A stretch of 64,000 nucleotides of DNA from Lingula anatina (taxonomy: Eukaryota > Animalia > Brachiopoda). The stretch lies in the NCBI GenBank assembly GCA_051362555.1, contig CM120644.1:24202534-24266533 (forward strand), read 5' to 3'. The notes under the pieces were generated by a model that was not told the DNA's origin, did no database searches, and saw only the letters and a program-made list of their open reading frames with translations. Below, one piece after another: positions 1 through 13,672 of this stretch. Position 1 is the first letter of the stretch; every line of letters begins with the position of its first letter. Made by a program: the position numbers and the translations under genes.

Positions 1-2460
1 GAGGAGAGGACGTGTGACGCTGGACCGTGTCGTACGTATTTGACAAAATGAAAGAACGCTTTGTACTTTATGGTCCATGTTATGTACAAATTAATATGCT
101 TTGAATTTTAATAACAATATAGGCCTATTATACATTATCTGAAGTGGGACAAAACTTACTTATCGTTCATTTCATGTATCACTGCAATAATTTATTTAAA
201 ATAATAATGTACATTAAGAAATATGCCAGTAAAGAATTATTATTAAAGAACTAAACGCAATACAGTAAAGTAAAATAGCGATAGTATAGTATAATGGAAG
301 AAAATATAAAAATTGGACTACAAAATAACTAAATGAAACATAACATTACTTACATATAGATGCTTACATATAGAAAGCGGCCAGGTAGAAAATTGTTTTA
401 ATAGATAATTTTTTTATCATAAAAATAAAACTAGGATATATATAAAGCTACGTAGATTGTAACAACTTAATATTTTAGCGGTTTTCTGGGGCGAGTGGGG
501 GCCATTTACTGCTTGTTCGTCTAGCTGCGGGGCTGGTGTGCAGACGAGAAAACGAACTTGTCCGATAGAGGGCAGTTGTGTAGGAGGAGCCGCGGAGGAA
601 GAACAGAAGTGTGATGCAGGAGAATGTCGTATGTAGTCAAATAGTTTAATCAGTTTAAATTCAAAAGGTACAAAGCTATCATCAGAGAAATTACAAATAC
701 ATATAGGTTTGGCGAAAATTTAATCATTTATCTTACACTTGCCCATTTTATAACTATCAATGGGTGCATTTGTTATACTAGTAATGTGCACTACATTTTG
801 CTTATAGAAAGTAATCCTTTAATGGTGGGATAGGGAAAGGCCGTAGCCATTCAGAAAAAAAAATAGTGACACGAAAATGGGGAGTCCTCTCACACCTTTA
901 GCGATAAAGGCTGATGTGGTTGAAAAAAAAATAAATGTTTGCAACCTGTTATTATTTGTTAGTAGGCTACGTATTTTTGCGCAGCACTGATCACTGCTTT
1001 TTAACCATTTCATAATGTATACACCTTTATCATTTTTTTAAACTGAACTTGGTCAATGTGCTCTGACAGGGTGCGGGTTTTATTAACAACAGTTCCGAAT
1101 TTTCTTTCCAAATCAGCCATGTTTATCGCTGCTATACTTACTGCATATGTACAGTAGGTGTACTTACATGTACTACAATAGAAGAGTTAGATATTTTAAC
1201 GTTTTTTTGTCTATTGGACATAAATAAGGAGGGGGGGGGGGTTCGGGACAGGAGAAAGTGACTATTTGACCAAAAATAGCATCTATCTACAAAATATGTA
1301 TAAAAAAAAATTGTGACTAAAATACTGGACTTAAAAGGACCAAAATGGCTGATGTGAGAGGAAAATAACTCGGGCTAAATTCACTTTTCCTAAATATAGG
1401 TCTACACACCTAACAAAACCTGCTATATCATATCTGGGAAAGACGGTGCGCGGTAGACCTTTACTTAAATATAGCAAAAAAAAAGGGAATCGAGGAAAAC
1501 CCAGGTGTAAATCTTTATTCGCTGATACCACACCCATAAGCGTGGTGCAAATTGTTAAACAGAAACTTTTTTTTTAAATTTCTCCAATTTCTAATTCTCT
1601 CTTTGAAATTCACCATGTCTCAAACTTCAAATTGAAAAAAAAAAGTGAAAGCTTCAAAAGGTCTACTACGCACTGTGTCCCTGTCACCTGTGTTTGCCTT
1701 GCTCTCACCCCGACACCTTTCCAGCTCTCCTATGGGGGCCTTGGTCAACGTATTCTCCCTGCTCGGCAACCTGCGGCGTTGGGATGCACTTCCGGCAGCG
1801 AAAATGCCCGATAGATGGCGGTTGCCCCATGGGGTCTGCTGTTGAACAGATGCAGTGTTATGCCGGAGATTGTCGTACGTAATTCCACTTAGAACCCCAC
1901 TGCATCAGTTGTGTTGTGCGTTCTAGGACCCATGTAGCAACTGCATACAAAAAAAAAAGGAAAACAATTAACCTAAGCGTTTTCACTGCAAGCTTTTAAT
2001 ACAATTTGATAATATGATAATTTCACATTTTTTTCTGACCTGACTAACCCTTTCATCCTTATTTAATGTTATAATAAAGTATATTGTATTCAATCTCATA
2101 TATCCCAGTTCGTATGCGTTCTGCTTGATGTATACCCCTTTCCGCTTGAATGCACTTTCTTTTGCATATACGTGTATACTGTACTGTACTAACTGTGAAT
2201 ATATACAGGGTACCTGTACCTGTACCATCAAATCTAGGAATCAAATATGTCGCATAAATATAAATTTGTCTATATATAAATGAAATCGTTTTCAGCTGAT
2301 GTGTACTCTCCCTGGACGCCGTGGGGTGATTGTTCTCGTTCATGTGGACAGGGAATGCAGGAACGCAGCCGCTTCTGTACTGGGCGCTGCTTTGAACCGA
2401 CTAAAGAAACCAGAGAGTGCGTGCTGGCTATCTGTGAAGGTGAGGGGAATCTCGCGAGAT

Positions 2461-2502
<42 letters not shown>

Positions 2503-5500
2503 GTCGAGAGAGAGAGAGAGAGAGAGGGAGGGAGGGGGGAGGAGAGTTTACAATTATACCCGCACATATCTGAAGCATCATAATTTATGACATCATATTA
2601 CATAGCTGCAAATATGAAACATATTGCTCTTTGTATGGTACTGATTATAAATGAACACGTCCTGCTTAAATGTTAATACCATTGTCCTCTCCAGTCCCAG
2701 TATGGACGCAGTGGTCAACCTACAGTCCGTGCAGTGCCACCTGTGATAATGGCGGCGGTCAGGGTGTCCAGGAAAGGACCCGGATCTGTCCTTCTAATGA
2801 CCCTACCCAGTGTCCAGGAGTCGACAGAGAGACCAGGGACTGCTTCATTGCCTGTGACAGTACGTACACGACGGGAACTTAAATTGGCGCATGAAAATAT
2901 AATCACAGAAGTATTATAACTTCCAGTATACTTAAATATAATTAAAATAAATATAGCAGTAAGATAAATATAGTAATAATATTGGCTTTGTCTCATTGCG
3001 CTTGATTAGTTATTTTCAAGAAGGAGGGGGATGTGAAACAACTGTTACCCTGGGACACCTTCGTTTAGTTTAAGTTGTATGTCTTATGAAGTGCACTGGA
3101 AGGCACTATCTCTGAATATTTCAATAATTTAACGCCTTTAATCCATGTTTTTCCCCTCCCAACAGCTGCGTCTTGGGCCAACTGGCTGGAGTGGGGTCAG
3201 TGTTCAGTGACCTGTGGTCAAGGCGTCCAGGAGAGACAGAGATTCTGTGCACGTGCTTTCCCCACCCTTACCTGTCCTGGGGAGGGCAAGCAGACGAGAA
3301 CCTGCTCTGCGGGACTGTGTCGTAAGTTATCTGTGTGTGTGTGTGTGTGTGCGTGTGCCTGTTTGTGTATGTGCATGCATGTGTGTGTGCGTGTGTGCGT
3401 GTGTGTGTGTGTGTGTGTGTGCGTGAGAGAGAGAGAGAGAGAGAGAGAGAATTTCGGTCATTTTTGACTGGGCATGACTGTTTGTCAAATAAGAACAACT
3501 ATTAAGTACACATTAACTTCAGAATTATCAATGTCATGAAATAAAAAAATTATGGGAACCTAAATTAAGCGATTTCATTGAACAGTTTCGAATACCGTTA
3601 AAAAAACTGTCGGAGAAGTTAACCACGTTTCCTCTCTCCACTTCCCAGCCTCTCAGTACACGCAGTGGGGTGTATGGGGACAGTGCTCCGTCAGCTGTGG
3701 AGACGGCATACAGAGAAGAAACCGGATATGTCTGGGTGGCACATGCGCAGATCCCACATCAGAGACGAGGCCCTGCAGCATTATTTGTGAAGGTAAGTAA
3801 TTGCGTGTACACAAAATTGAAACGGAGTGTATTTTGACCTACAGTATTGGTCATTGGGATTATGTGTATTGGCAATTTCAACCGCGGCGATTTTTTTAAA
3901 CCCAATAAATGCAGCAAACACAGAACGTTTTGATAAGGATATCACAAGTTACATAATTAAAACAAACATAGAATTAAATAAATAGAATAAATTAACGTTC
4001 CGTGTTTGCTGGGAAGACAGGAAGTTGCCAGTGGCAATGTGTCAGAGGTTAATATTCTAGAAGACCACTGGTCTTACACGTAGGTCCAGCAAGTACACCT
4101 TTCTTTAGATGACTTTCCAAGACAATTTGCTTCTCGAATAGATTTACACATAGAAGATTCTGTTTGAAATCCCATTAAATTTTCACCATTTAGCTGCGTG
4201 TGCATTTGTACTAATTTGGTGATGGAATGATACGCTTGCTTGGTAGTTTTGTAGCCCAGAATACACCCGTAGAACCCATATGTGTTTTAACAGCATGGTT
4301 AACAATCACCTGGGTTTTTCCGGTAGATTTTAGAAGTACTAGTAAATGTATGCCACACATCCACCTACACTGATACCACCGACTGACTTGTCTACACAGG
4401 AGGTCTCCTTACCTTATTCGTAGAATTGAGAAAAAATCGTTATTGGAATCCGCATACATTTATATATCCAAACTATTATCGTGTCAGTTATGTGTAAATT
4501 AACACAGCTTTTTTTTATCCGCAATTAACTTGAACGGACCTTCGTTTGTCCCGTTTATGTACTGACGTGTTGGTTTTGTCTTTTCCGGTAATGTTAAAAC
4601 CTTACACCTTCATTGTATCTCGTCGTTCATTGTTTGCCATCAGCTTTCCTCGTTCCTTGCGTCATTTTACCTCCCGTAATGCTTTGATCCCTAAACTCAC
4701 TAAATGTTCAGTATACCTTAATATGTAACGTGCATATTTATAAAATTAACAGCTTTTCCCATCCACAATATTATTAACATAAATTTGGTGGATTTCGCTG
4801 GGAGATTATCCGTCTATTTGATCCCTAATGAACCAGTTGTAATTGACAAACATTTGTTTATATTTATTCCAACCCAAGTAATTTATTTAACGTTTATATG
4901 AAATGTTTACCGGTATTTTGACACGGTTTTTAGGCGTATCAGCACAATCGTTTTTGTAACATTTTCCCAAACACACATGATAGTTAAGCGCGATTTATAA
5001 CGATACCGGTACCGCTATTTCACACCGCGACATGGCCGTTGTACAGAAGTTTGGTGGAACTTCGGATCAGTTGGATGGTGGATGGTGACTTCTATCTTGT
5101 TAGTAGCGTAGTATTGATCGGTTAGATCAAATAGTTTGGCGTGTGACTTATGTTGAAGGCAAGGTGGCTGGTAGACCAAGGAGACGGGGGAGGAATGGTG
5201 AAGTCGGAGATGTTTTCAGGTCCACACCGTAGTTTTTTTCTATCACTGGTAAGTGACAGTGGTATCTTTCGGTGTTAACGCGCTGTTTACATAAGCATGT
5301 TGTGTGATTTAGATTTAGTTTTCTTTGAGGGGTAGAAACGAAACATTTATCTTGCTGATGAAGGTGGCTTTCATTTGAAACATTCAATTTCAGACAACTG
5401 CTCAGGCATAACCCGTCTTCTGCTCTTGTTGTAATATCAAATATAATTTCTGTTATCATGTTGGATATTAATGACGTGAAACCAAACATAAGTGAAACAT

Positions 5501-8496
5501 GCTTGGTCTGATTACTTAAGACATGTGCCAATATACAGTGTATGAAATGGCCGCCTGCCCGCCAGCCCGAGGCTGGTAACTTTCAGGCCGGGCGGGTAAG
5601 ATTTGCAAATTACCCGCCCGACGGGCTGGCTAATTTACAGCCTATTTTCACCTTTTATTTTGTCTATGTTCACAAGCGATTTCAGCAAAATAAACTCACT
5701 GTTTTCACCCACTTTCACAGAAGCAAAGAACTAACCATAGCTTGCAATCGAACGCACGTATCGAAATGTAACCAACAGTCTCCCTCTCAGTGGCCTCGTT
5801 TTCGAAGTTCCGTCTGTGTGATATGAAGTTGAAAGACAATTTGAAACGAGGCACATTGTTCTTAACCAGCTTCATTGCACAGCAGATAACGTTACGTCAT
5901 TGTTTTGTGTAGAGGAGATACCGCGAGTAGCAATTTGTAGGTTGAGAGTAATAAAAATGTGAAAGTATAAAAAGTTACGATATTGATTAAATAGACTTAT
6001 AGGTACATGAAGTGCTTATAATCAACAGTAATAAAGGCAACGGAGGCAAATTAAAGGAGAATTTTACAAAAATTTGAATCCCAAAATTATGAGTGAACGT
6101 ACGAGTTTACGCCGTGCGTCAGATGTAGTTCTTTTCCCACGTGCTTTCATCTTGGGCTGTCAAAAATGAAAAAAATTCTATCAAGTCCGATAGAGAAGTT
6201 CACAAAGGAAAAACAATTGAGGAAAGAAATAAAAATAACAAAGATTACGACAGAACCAAACGAAAGAGAACAAATTGGGACCCATGGAAATTAAGGTGAC
6301 TTCAATTTGCAATTAGTCGAGCGGCAACATTTTTTGTAAAACCGTAACTCGAAAGTATCACGCATTGCGACCGAGCGCAAGCATCTCGATCCAATAACTC
6401 GCCCATACTCGCCCCATATAATATATTGTAGCCTCTATGTGATATATATATATATAGCTATTCTCAATAAGCAATGCTTTCGAGATACGGGGCCCTGCAG
6501 GACTGTCTATGGGCGATTAGCGTGCAGGACCGTTCCCGACCGCTTTTTAAAGCTTAAAAGCGATATTCAAAGGGACCCTCATGCTGAATTCTTTCTTCTT
6601 TATTGTCAGCACAGAGATCGATTTATTTGACAACAATATATATATTTGGTCATATTTGTTGCTACACAGAAAAGCAAAAATTATGATCAAATGATATCAT
6701 GAAATCGGAATAATAGCTATAAATGAATTATTGAAGAAGAAATGAGACAGCCTGCAAGGTGAACATAAACTGAATTGACTACCCCCCCCCCCCCCCCGCC
6801 CTCCCCCGCCCGCTAAAGGGCCCTGAAAATTTTTGGTATTTTAGATGGTAAATGGTGCCATTTGGTATGGTTTAGAACTATGATTCAACTAGTGAAAGTC
6901 TTATTTCAAGAGGTGAGTTTTTTTTTGCAGAAATTAAAAGGGGGCGTCAGGACCCCCCTGACCCCCCTCTAAATCCAACACTGACAAGGTATCATTCAGT
7001 AGAAATTCCAACCAATTTCTAAATTTCCATGCATAAGGCATGATATTGCCCTTTCATTTCCAAATTACTCTCACCAGAATGCATTCTAGACTCCCTCAGC
7101 ATACCTCTCTTAACTCTAGGGGTTATCATAACTAGGGCAGGTAACTACATGGCCGGGCTGGTAACTTTTCAGAGTTACCTGCCCGGCGGTCTGGCTAGTA
7201 ATTTCCTTGAATTTCATACACTGCAATATATATACTTGGGCACCTTCCTCTCCTCAGTATCTGTATATATATGTTTACATATTGATGTTTTCAGCACCGA
7301 AACCTGTTATTCCAGTGGCTCCGGTGAACCCAAAACCGAACGGACAAACGAACGTCATTCCCAGCGAACCGGTGAAAGAACCCGTGATGGGAAGTAAGTG
7401 GTAGTATTTGGAACTATGGACTCATTGAAGTAAACCTATAACCAGTTGTCATTTTTTCCACTTATTAGCTTAGTGAAACCACAAAGGGATGGCATGTTTG
7501 AGTTAATCTAAACCTATGGCTTTTTAAACATAATAGTTCTCTGAGGAGAAATAGAAACCATTGGTTTGAAACATCGGTTATAATTAGGTGGAATATTTCG
7601 TTAAATTGGATTACCACTTCCAATCAATTGTTTCTAACTCAAATAAACTGAGAATTAAGTATAAGATCGTAGATCGATTATCAAAATTCCTTTGTGAGAC
7701 AGTCCCTCGATCTTTGAATTGCGCAGTATGGCTCGATTCCCGGTCCAAGTAGTCCTCGTGGAACCAGGCCAATGTATGACACAATGCTTTTCACATCTAA
7801 CTCGTCTCACCTAACACATTTCAGCTCCTGACTGTTACGACTGCAACAGCGGCTGGGGAGTGTGTGCGCCTACTGGAATCACTCAACCGGGCTGGGTAGG
7901 CAAGACACCGTGCCCCAAAACTAAGACGTGCTTCATAAGACGCGACAAAGGAGGCTGTAAGTTCTATCCATTTGTATTTTTGTATATTTGTTTATTACAT
8001 AAATACAGTGAGTGGTAGACCTTTATATAAGAAAAAATATAAAATAAAAATCCTAACAATTAAATTAATTAATTAGAACAAACGAGAACAAAAGACGATT
8101 TTCTGATTCATTTTATTTGGCAACAGCTCTTAGAATAACTAATGGCAGTGAAGGACGTGTGTATTATTCTAAGCCTAATGCCAATTTAACCATTCAGTAC
8201 AAATATCGGAAGTGTGTTTTTTTTTGAAAGGCATGAAGTCTAATAAATGATCAGTGTATGTTAATTTATTTTAACATGCTTCTTGTGTATTTAAAATTTT
8301 TCACCAAGTTACATTTTAAAATCTTGTTACAGACGTGTACCGCGGATGCGCAGACGCATGGCCCGCTTTGGCGTCCATAGCAACGAGCCAAGCTGACGGC
8401 CTGTCGTGTATCTCGGGGAAGCAGCTCCGCTACAGCAGCTACGTGGACGTGTGGTGTTTCTGCCGGGGAGACCGCTGTAACGGCGGCGGCATGTAA
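1..8496 (+). CDS. Thrombospondin type-1 repeat protein with C-terminal three-finger (Ly6/uPAR-like) domain; 5' part lies outside the window
   Basis: Phase-1 GT-AG exons: <1-31, 479-628, 1725-1874, 2296-2439, 2695-2859, 3166-3321 and 3649-3792 (the six complete ones each encode one WxxWxxCSxxCG..RxRxC TSP1 repeat; <1-31 is a repeat's tail), 7295-7393 (Pro-rich linker), then 7825-7956 and 8333-8496 (10-Cys domain [22 protein letters not shown], stop TAA). Confidence 0.85.
2465..2526. repeat. (GA)n microsatellite, intronic
   Basis: Direct reading. Confidence 0.95.
3333..3449. repeat. Compound (GT)n(GA)n microsatellite, intronic
   Basis: Direct reading. Confidence 0.95.
5536..7223. mobile_element. 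Non-autonomous hAT-like DNA transposon (1.69 kb) in an intron of the TSP1 gene
   Basis: Perfect 13-bp TIR CAGTGTATGAAAT...ATTTCATACACTG; flanking direct repeat CAATATA (5529-5535, 7224-7230); clustered subterminal GGGC(T/G)GGTAA motifs at both ends; no transposase ORF. Confidence 0.85.
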
Positions 8497-9965
8497 ACCA
8501 CGCACCTGTCTCCTGTAACTTTGGAGATTTCTATCCTGGTTTAATTGTTAAACTATAAAGTTTCATATGGAAAATAATGTCGAAATTAATGAAAGTGACG
8601 AAGAACTAAAGACTTCACTAATCATGCACGGGTTTGTGCAAATAGAAAAATCCGAGATTGGAGATGCTGTTTTAATTTAAAGGAACTATACATACGGCGT
8701 GTATCTTAAAGTGTAAAATTCAATTACGTGTAGTCGATTTTTTCACATGTCACAGTCAGCATGTTGCTGTAGACAGCGCATAATGATATTTCTATCTTAT
8801 CCATGTTAAGAATAATAATTGACTGCATGCGTTCAATGTGAAGCATAATTATAGGCCTGTCAATTAGTCGTGCCAGCTGTAATGTAATAAGGCAATTATT
8901 GTAAAAATACCAATATTCCGAAAGAGAGCTGTAGCTTAAGCTGCATGTAGGATATGATAACCTTATCAGGCGAGATTTGTAAGTGAAATGCCGTTGAGCT
9001 CCAGGTAGCCGCTACATTAGATCTGTTTTCACAGGCAGTTGGCATTTGTTGGGAAACTAATTTGTATGAGGACAATTTACCTTGGCTGACTGATAACCTG
9101 TGGAACTTTCTTGAAACATGATTCATATCTTGATATTGAATTACACAGAGTAAGACTTACATGTAAAGGAATGCAAAGGACTATTGAATAAGTCGAAAAT
9201 TGCGGTCTTGACACACCAAAGCAACTGTTAGAAAAATAACACCTATATTTTTTAAGAAATAAAGATTTACTGATTTTTTTCTACACGGTTTTTATTGGTT
9301 ATGAGCACCATGCTGGGGTCAGTTCACAAAATACTGTAACATAAACCCGAATGTTGGACTCGACTATGGAAATAAAACTTTATAGTCAACATTGACTGTG
9401 GATAGAACATTGCAAGAACTACATGTAGTCAATTTAATGAATGAAAGGTATAGACTCTGCTTCAGACCACAAAGATATTGGTGGTGTTGGTTTGCTGACA
9501 GTTTGCTTTATACCCCAATGTTATTCATTTCTGACAACAGGACAGATTGAAATGTGTACATGTATTAGTATACCAAGCTCGTCATACATGTATGTGACTT
9601 TCTTGGAGAAACATTATACATTTCAAACGCCATTTTCTGAAAACCAGAAGTAAAGGACAGAACGTTGTAATTTTCACTGGTTAACTGAAGTTTGGTCTTC
9701 TTGATCATTTTTGTATTGTCAACCTTTGTCTTAATTTGGATAATGTTTTAAAAGAATGTAATTATCATAAGATTAAATTATGTTTTCGTCTTAGCAGCAG
9801 CTAGAAGCTACAGGCATTACCATGTGATCGCGCGGAGACTGTCGTTTCCTAGATGTTGCTTTGTTAATGTAGATAAGTGACAAAACAAATTAAGTAATAA
9901 ATAAATAAAAACATCAGATCACTAAACTGTGACGTAACTTTATTATTGTGACGTCACATTTCCAG

Positions 9966-12900
9966 TCACGCCCCCAGTGGTAGTCCAGTGGTCAGCATGG
10001 GCTTTCACCAGCGACTGCTCCGTGTCCTGCGGCACCGGACGGAGGACAAGGTCAAGGACGTGTCCAGTGCCCGGAGCATGCCAGGGGTCAAACCTGGACT
10101 ACCTGGAATGTGTCCAGAAACCATGTCAAGGTCAAGGTCAGGGCCAAGGCCAAGTTCCAGATAAAGGTAGGTTCCGGCGATGATTTTGAAGATTAATAAC
10201 AGTTATGAGTAAATGTCGTCAATGTGAGGGTACAATGCCATAGCTAGATAAAGGTATACTAACTGCGTTTGAAAAATCAGAAAACTTATATTCTCTAGGT
10301 CTACCTATCCGGCAAAGCTACTCACTTATTAAAAGTCCCAAATTCGGACCTTAAAAGCGATTTTACCCCCTAAATAAAAGCCCATGATGTCGAGCTGTCC
10401 TTATGAAATAAACAAGGCGACTATGGTGGTCTAAGTGCTCTGAAAGTAGGTTAAACTTTTGAAGTTTGATGAAATTCTATTTGGCGGTAAAATATCTTAG
10501 GCCTATAGGATACCTTTAACCTAGCAATCAGCAGTAGCTGGTTGTTGGCACGCGTATATAGATTTTCTAAAACTCAAGAACTTGAATATGAGGCACACGG
10601 CCAAGGTAATCAGGATCTGGCGGTTCATGGGGCATATGCTAGGCAATGTCTGCGGTGTCTGGCTCTCTGTGTGCGACACATGTAATAAGTGACGTGATGT
10701 GTATTACGCATTGTCGCAGGTGTTACGCAATAGTTCGTATTTTTTTGTTGCTCACAACAGAAGTCAAGGAACACCAAGGGAATTGGTATGATTTGATTCA
10801 AGAACCTTTTGCGGAGAAGTTCAAACATCTTCCCACTGTTTTCTTTTTTTTTCTGAACTAAGCTAAATAACCCCCCCCCCCCCCCAAAGCCCAAGATGGA
10901 ACTGGCACCATCCCCAGGGAAAGACAGTTACATGTAGAGAGAGAAATACGGTGTATTTTGACAAAAAATAAATAAAATAAAATAAAATAAAATAACAATA
11001 TTTTCTGATGCTTACAGCTCCTTGTTTCAAGACACTTGTATTTAACGTGTTGTAATAATAAAGCGAATATTTCAATTGAGATACCGAGACATTTCTCTTG
11101 GCTTGGTCTGAAATACCTTTACCCTATATATCGTACGGTGTGTAGATTTGCTTGGTTTGGGGTTCCTTAAAACTCGCGAACGGTTCTTGCTATCAAATTT
11201 TGTTGGCTTTAGTTGGAATATATTGTTTTTGTAGAGAATAGTGTGTTTATGAAGTAGATGCAGAGGGAAGGTAACAGTATAATACTCGCAATTTTACAAG
11301 ATGTTTTGTTGTGAAGGCTTTTTACACGTATTTGTTTAGACGTTGTCGTGTAGTGTTAGTCTTAGTAGTATTTTGGCTAAATGTGTAAGCACCGTGGTAT
11401 TGACCCATAGAGGCGTTATAGTGGTGTTAGTGGTACAAGCTTCATCTCTCCTGTAGACTCCTACTATCTCCCCTGGACGTCTTGGTCCGACTGCAGCGCC
11501 CCTTGTGGTGATGGGCATCAGGTGAGAACACGTGTCTGTGTTGGGGCAACAGCGTGCCAAGGAGAGGACAGGGACACCAAACCTTGTCTGCTTAAACCAT
11601 GTGGTAAGTATATGGTGCAGTGCTAATGTTTCTGTGCTTTGATTTATTCCAGGAATGGGGGAATAACGGTAAAACTTGGTTGTATTTTTTTTTTTTTTTG
11701 GGGGGGGGGGATTGCCTATTCCAATCCATTCTTGAGAATGCTGGGAGTATATGCTTGGCTTTCAGCTTACCCAATTCCAGTTTTGTACTATATAATGTTC
11801 TCATGTACCTGTTATTTCATGCCTCAACATTTAAAAATATATATATTTGGTAAGTTTTCATAAATAATTAATATCTTCTATTTGAGTCAAAAAACTTCAG
11901 TGTAATTATCGTATTCCCTTCGTTTACTTCAAATCATGTCATATACTCAAACTCATTTATACAAATGCTTATAATGATAATAACTGTTATAATATTAAGT
12001 ATTGGCGTGTCAGGTCATAGTATTAGTTGTAGTAAAAATATTAATCGTAAGATATTAATCGCATAAGTCTGAGCCCCACGGCAAGTTGTGAAAAGATTCC
12101 TGTGGAGTGTTATACTTTATTCGTTGTACGTTGATGTACGGGATGCAAGGTAAGAAGAAAAAATGTCCTTAATAACATTTCCTGATTCCTTTTATTCCAG
12201 ATTACGACAAGACAGCGGACAGTAAAAGTAAGTTTTGTGTGACATCGAAATGACAACCGTTTTGACAACCGTTATTGGAAAAAACTATTACAAGATTAGG
12301 GATTCTCTACAGTTTCCTCTTTGTTTCTTGCTATTGTAACTGATGCGTTCCGAAAAAAAAATGCGTGTGTGCACCCCCTTCACCATCACCACTCCCCGCT
12401 CATGCACCAGTTTTTATATGTCGTACCAGATTGATTTTACTGTGGGCAAAGTTAACATGTACCTTTTAACTATTACCTGCTTACCTTCGTTCTACTGGTA
12501 TTAATTAAAACTATTTTACTCTTATGAAATTGTAGCCTTTGAAATAAACTTGTAGAAAACCTTTCTTTTCCTTCAGTCTCACGCTGCTTTGACTGCAACA
12601 GTGGTTGGGATGTATGTGCTCCGAAAGGAGTGACGAATCCGGACTTGGTAGGCGAGACTCCTTGCCCCCTTACGGGCACCTGTTTTATGAGACGTGACAG
12701 AAACGGGGGTAAGTATGGTGCCATGTTAAAAACGCATGGGAATATTGAGACGATGTTTTTTGTAAATTTGACATTCATTTGTAAGTGTCGCGTTATTTGA
12801 ACGTACCGTTTCTCGTTATCATATTGGATACAATTAAAACCAAAGGAAAGAAAAAAAAAGTAATATAATATGTCATTCACGTCAGTGGTATTATAGCACT

Positions 12901-13224
12901 TACATGTAGACTTTGGTTTATAATTGGATCGACCATCGTATTGGATTGCCTTTCAATTCAAAAATATCAAGTTACAGAGCTGGACCTAGTCTTTACATTT
13001 GTATCAACCATTTCAAACATTCAGTATATATACACCATCCATTGTTTTCCTCAGACGTGTACCGCGGCTGCGCAGACGGCTGGGACTACCTGGTAGATCA
13101 CGTTGTAGAGGAAGGGGGCGTGGTCTGCTCTAACAGCCACTCCATGGGCTACGGCAGCTTCGTGGACAGGTGGTGCCTCTGCAAGGGAAACCGCTGCAAC
13201 GGCGGGGAAATGCCGCCAGTATAA
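9966..13224 (+). CDS. Second TSP1-TSP1-linker-three-finger cassette (alternative 3' end of the upstream gene, or a separate gene whose first exon was not found)
   Basis: Phase-1 exons 9966-10166 (TSP1 + GQGQGQ), 11457-11603 (TSP1), 12201-12227 (27-bp microexon DYDKTADSK), 12577-12708 and 13055-13224 (10-Cys three-finger domain CFDCNSGW...CLCKGNRCN, stop TAA). Confidence 0.8.
10252..10515. mobile_element. Small Kolobok-like MITE, intronic
   Basis: Ends AGGTATACTA...TAGGATACCT (9/10 inverted match), flanked by ATAA and TTAA. Confidence 0.45.
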
Positions 13225-13519
13225 TGTGTTCTGATTATGTGGTTAACTATCCGGGGCTTAACTTTATAACTAGATCTGAATACGTAGATGTGCCACAGGT
13301 TAGACAGCAGTATATTTAATGTTTATTTATTTTTTCCCACTGGAAATTGATATAGAAACTATTGTTAAAATACCGGATCATTCACAATCAGTGCAATGGC
13401 ATCTCGTCACTTTATTTATTTCATGTAGAACACGTTTATTATAGTAGAGGAGAAAATTAATTATAGGATATTTGATTTTGGCTTCGGGTTGTGCTGGTTT
13501 CAACTCCAGGGCCGACAGA

Positions 13520-13672
13520 GGGATTGGAGAGTAGCTGGGAAAAGGGATGAGGAGTAAACGGGATAGTGGGTTTGAGAGTAGACGGATTTAAGGTTGGAGA
13601 TTAGACACGATAGGGGTTGGAGAGTAGACAGGATGGGGTTGGAGACTAGGCAGGATGGGTGTTTGAGAGTAC
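13520..13672. repeat. Degenerate ~23-bp minisatellite, about 6.5 copies, consensus GGGTTGGAGAGTAGACAGGATAG
   Basis: Direct reading of the tandem units. Confidence 0.8.

Noticed and set aside
9118-9149. Possible first exon (MIHILILNYT) for the second TSP1 cassette
   Set aside because: Too short for a signal peptide, and its donor is phase 2 while the acceptor at 9966 is phase 1.
13520-13672. CRISPR-like repeat array
   Set aside because: The units are head-to-tail without unique spacers, no cas genes are present and the context is eukaryotic.
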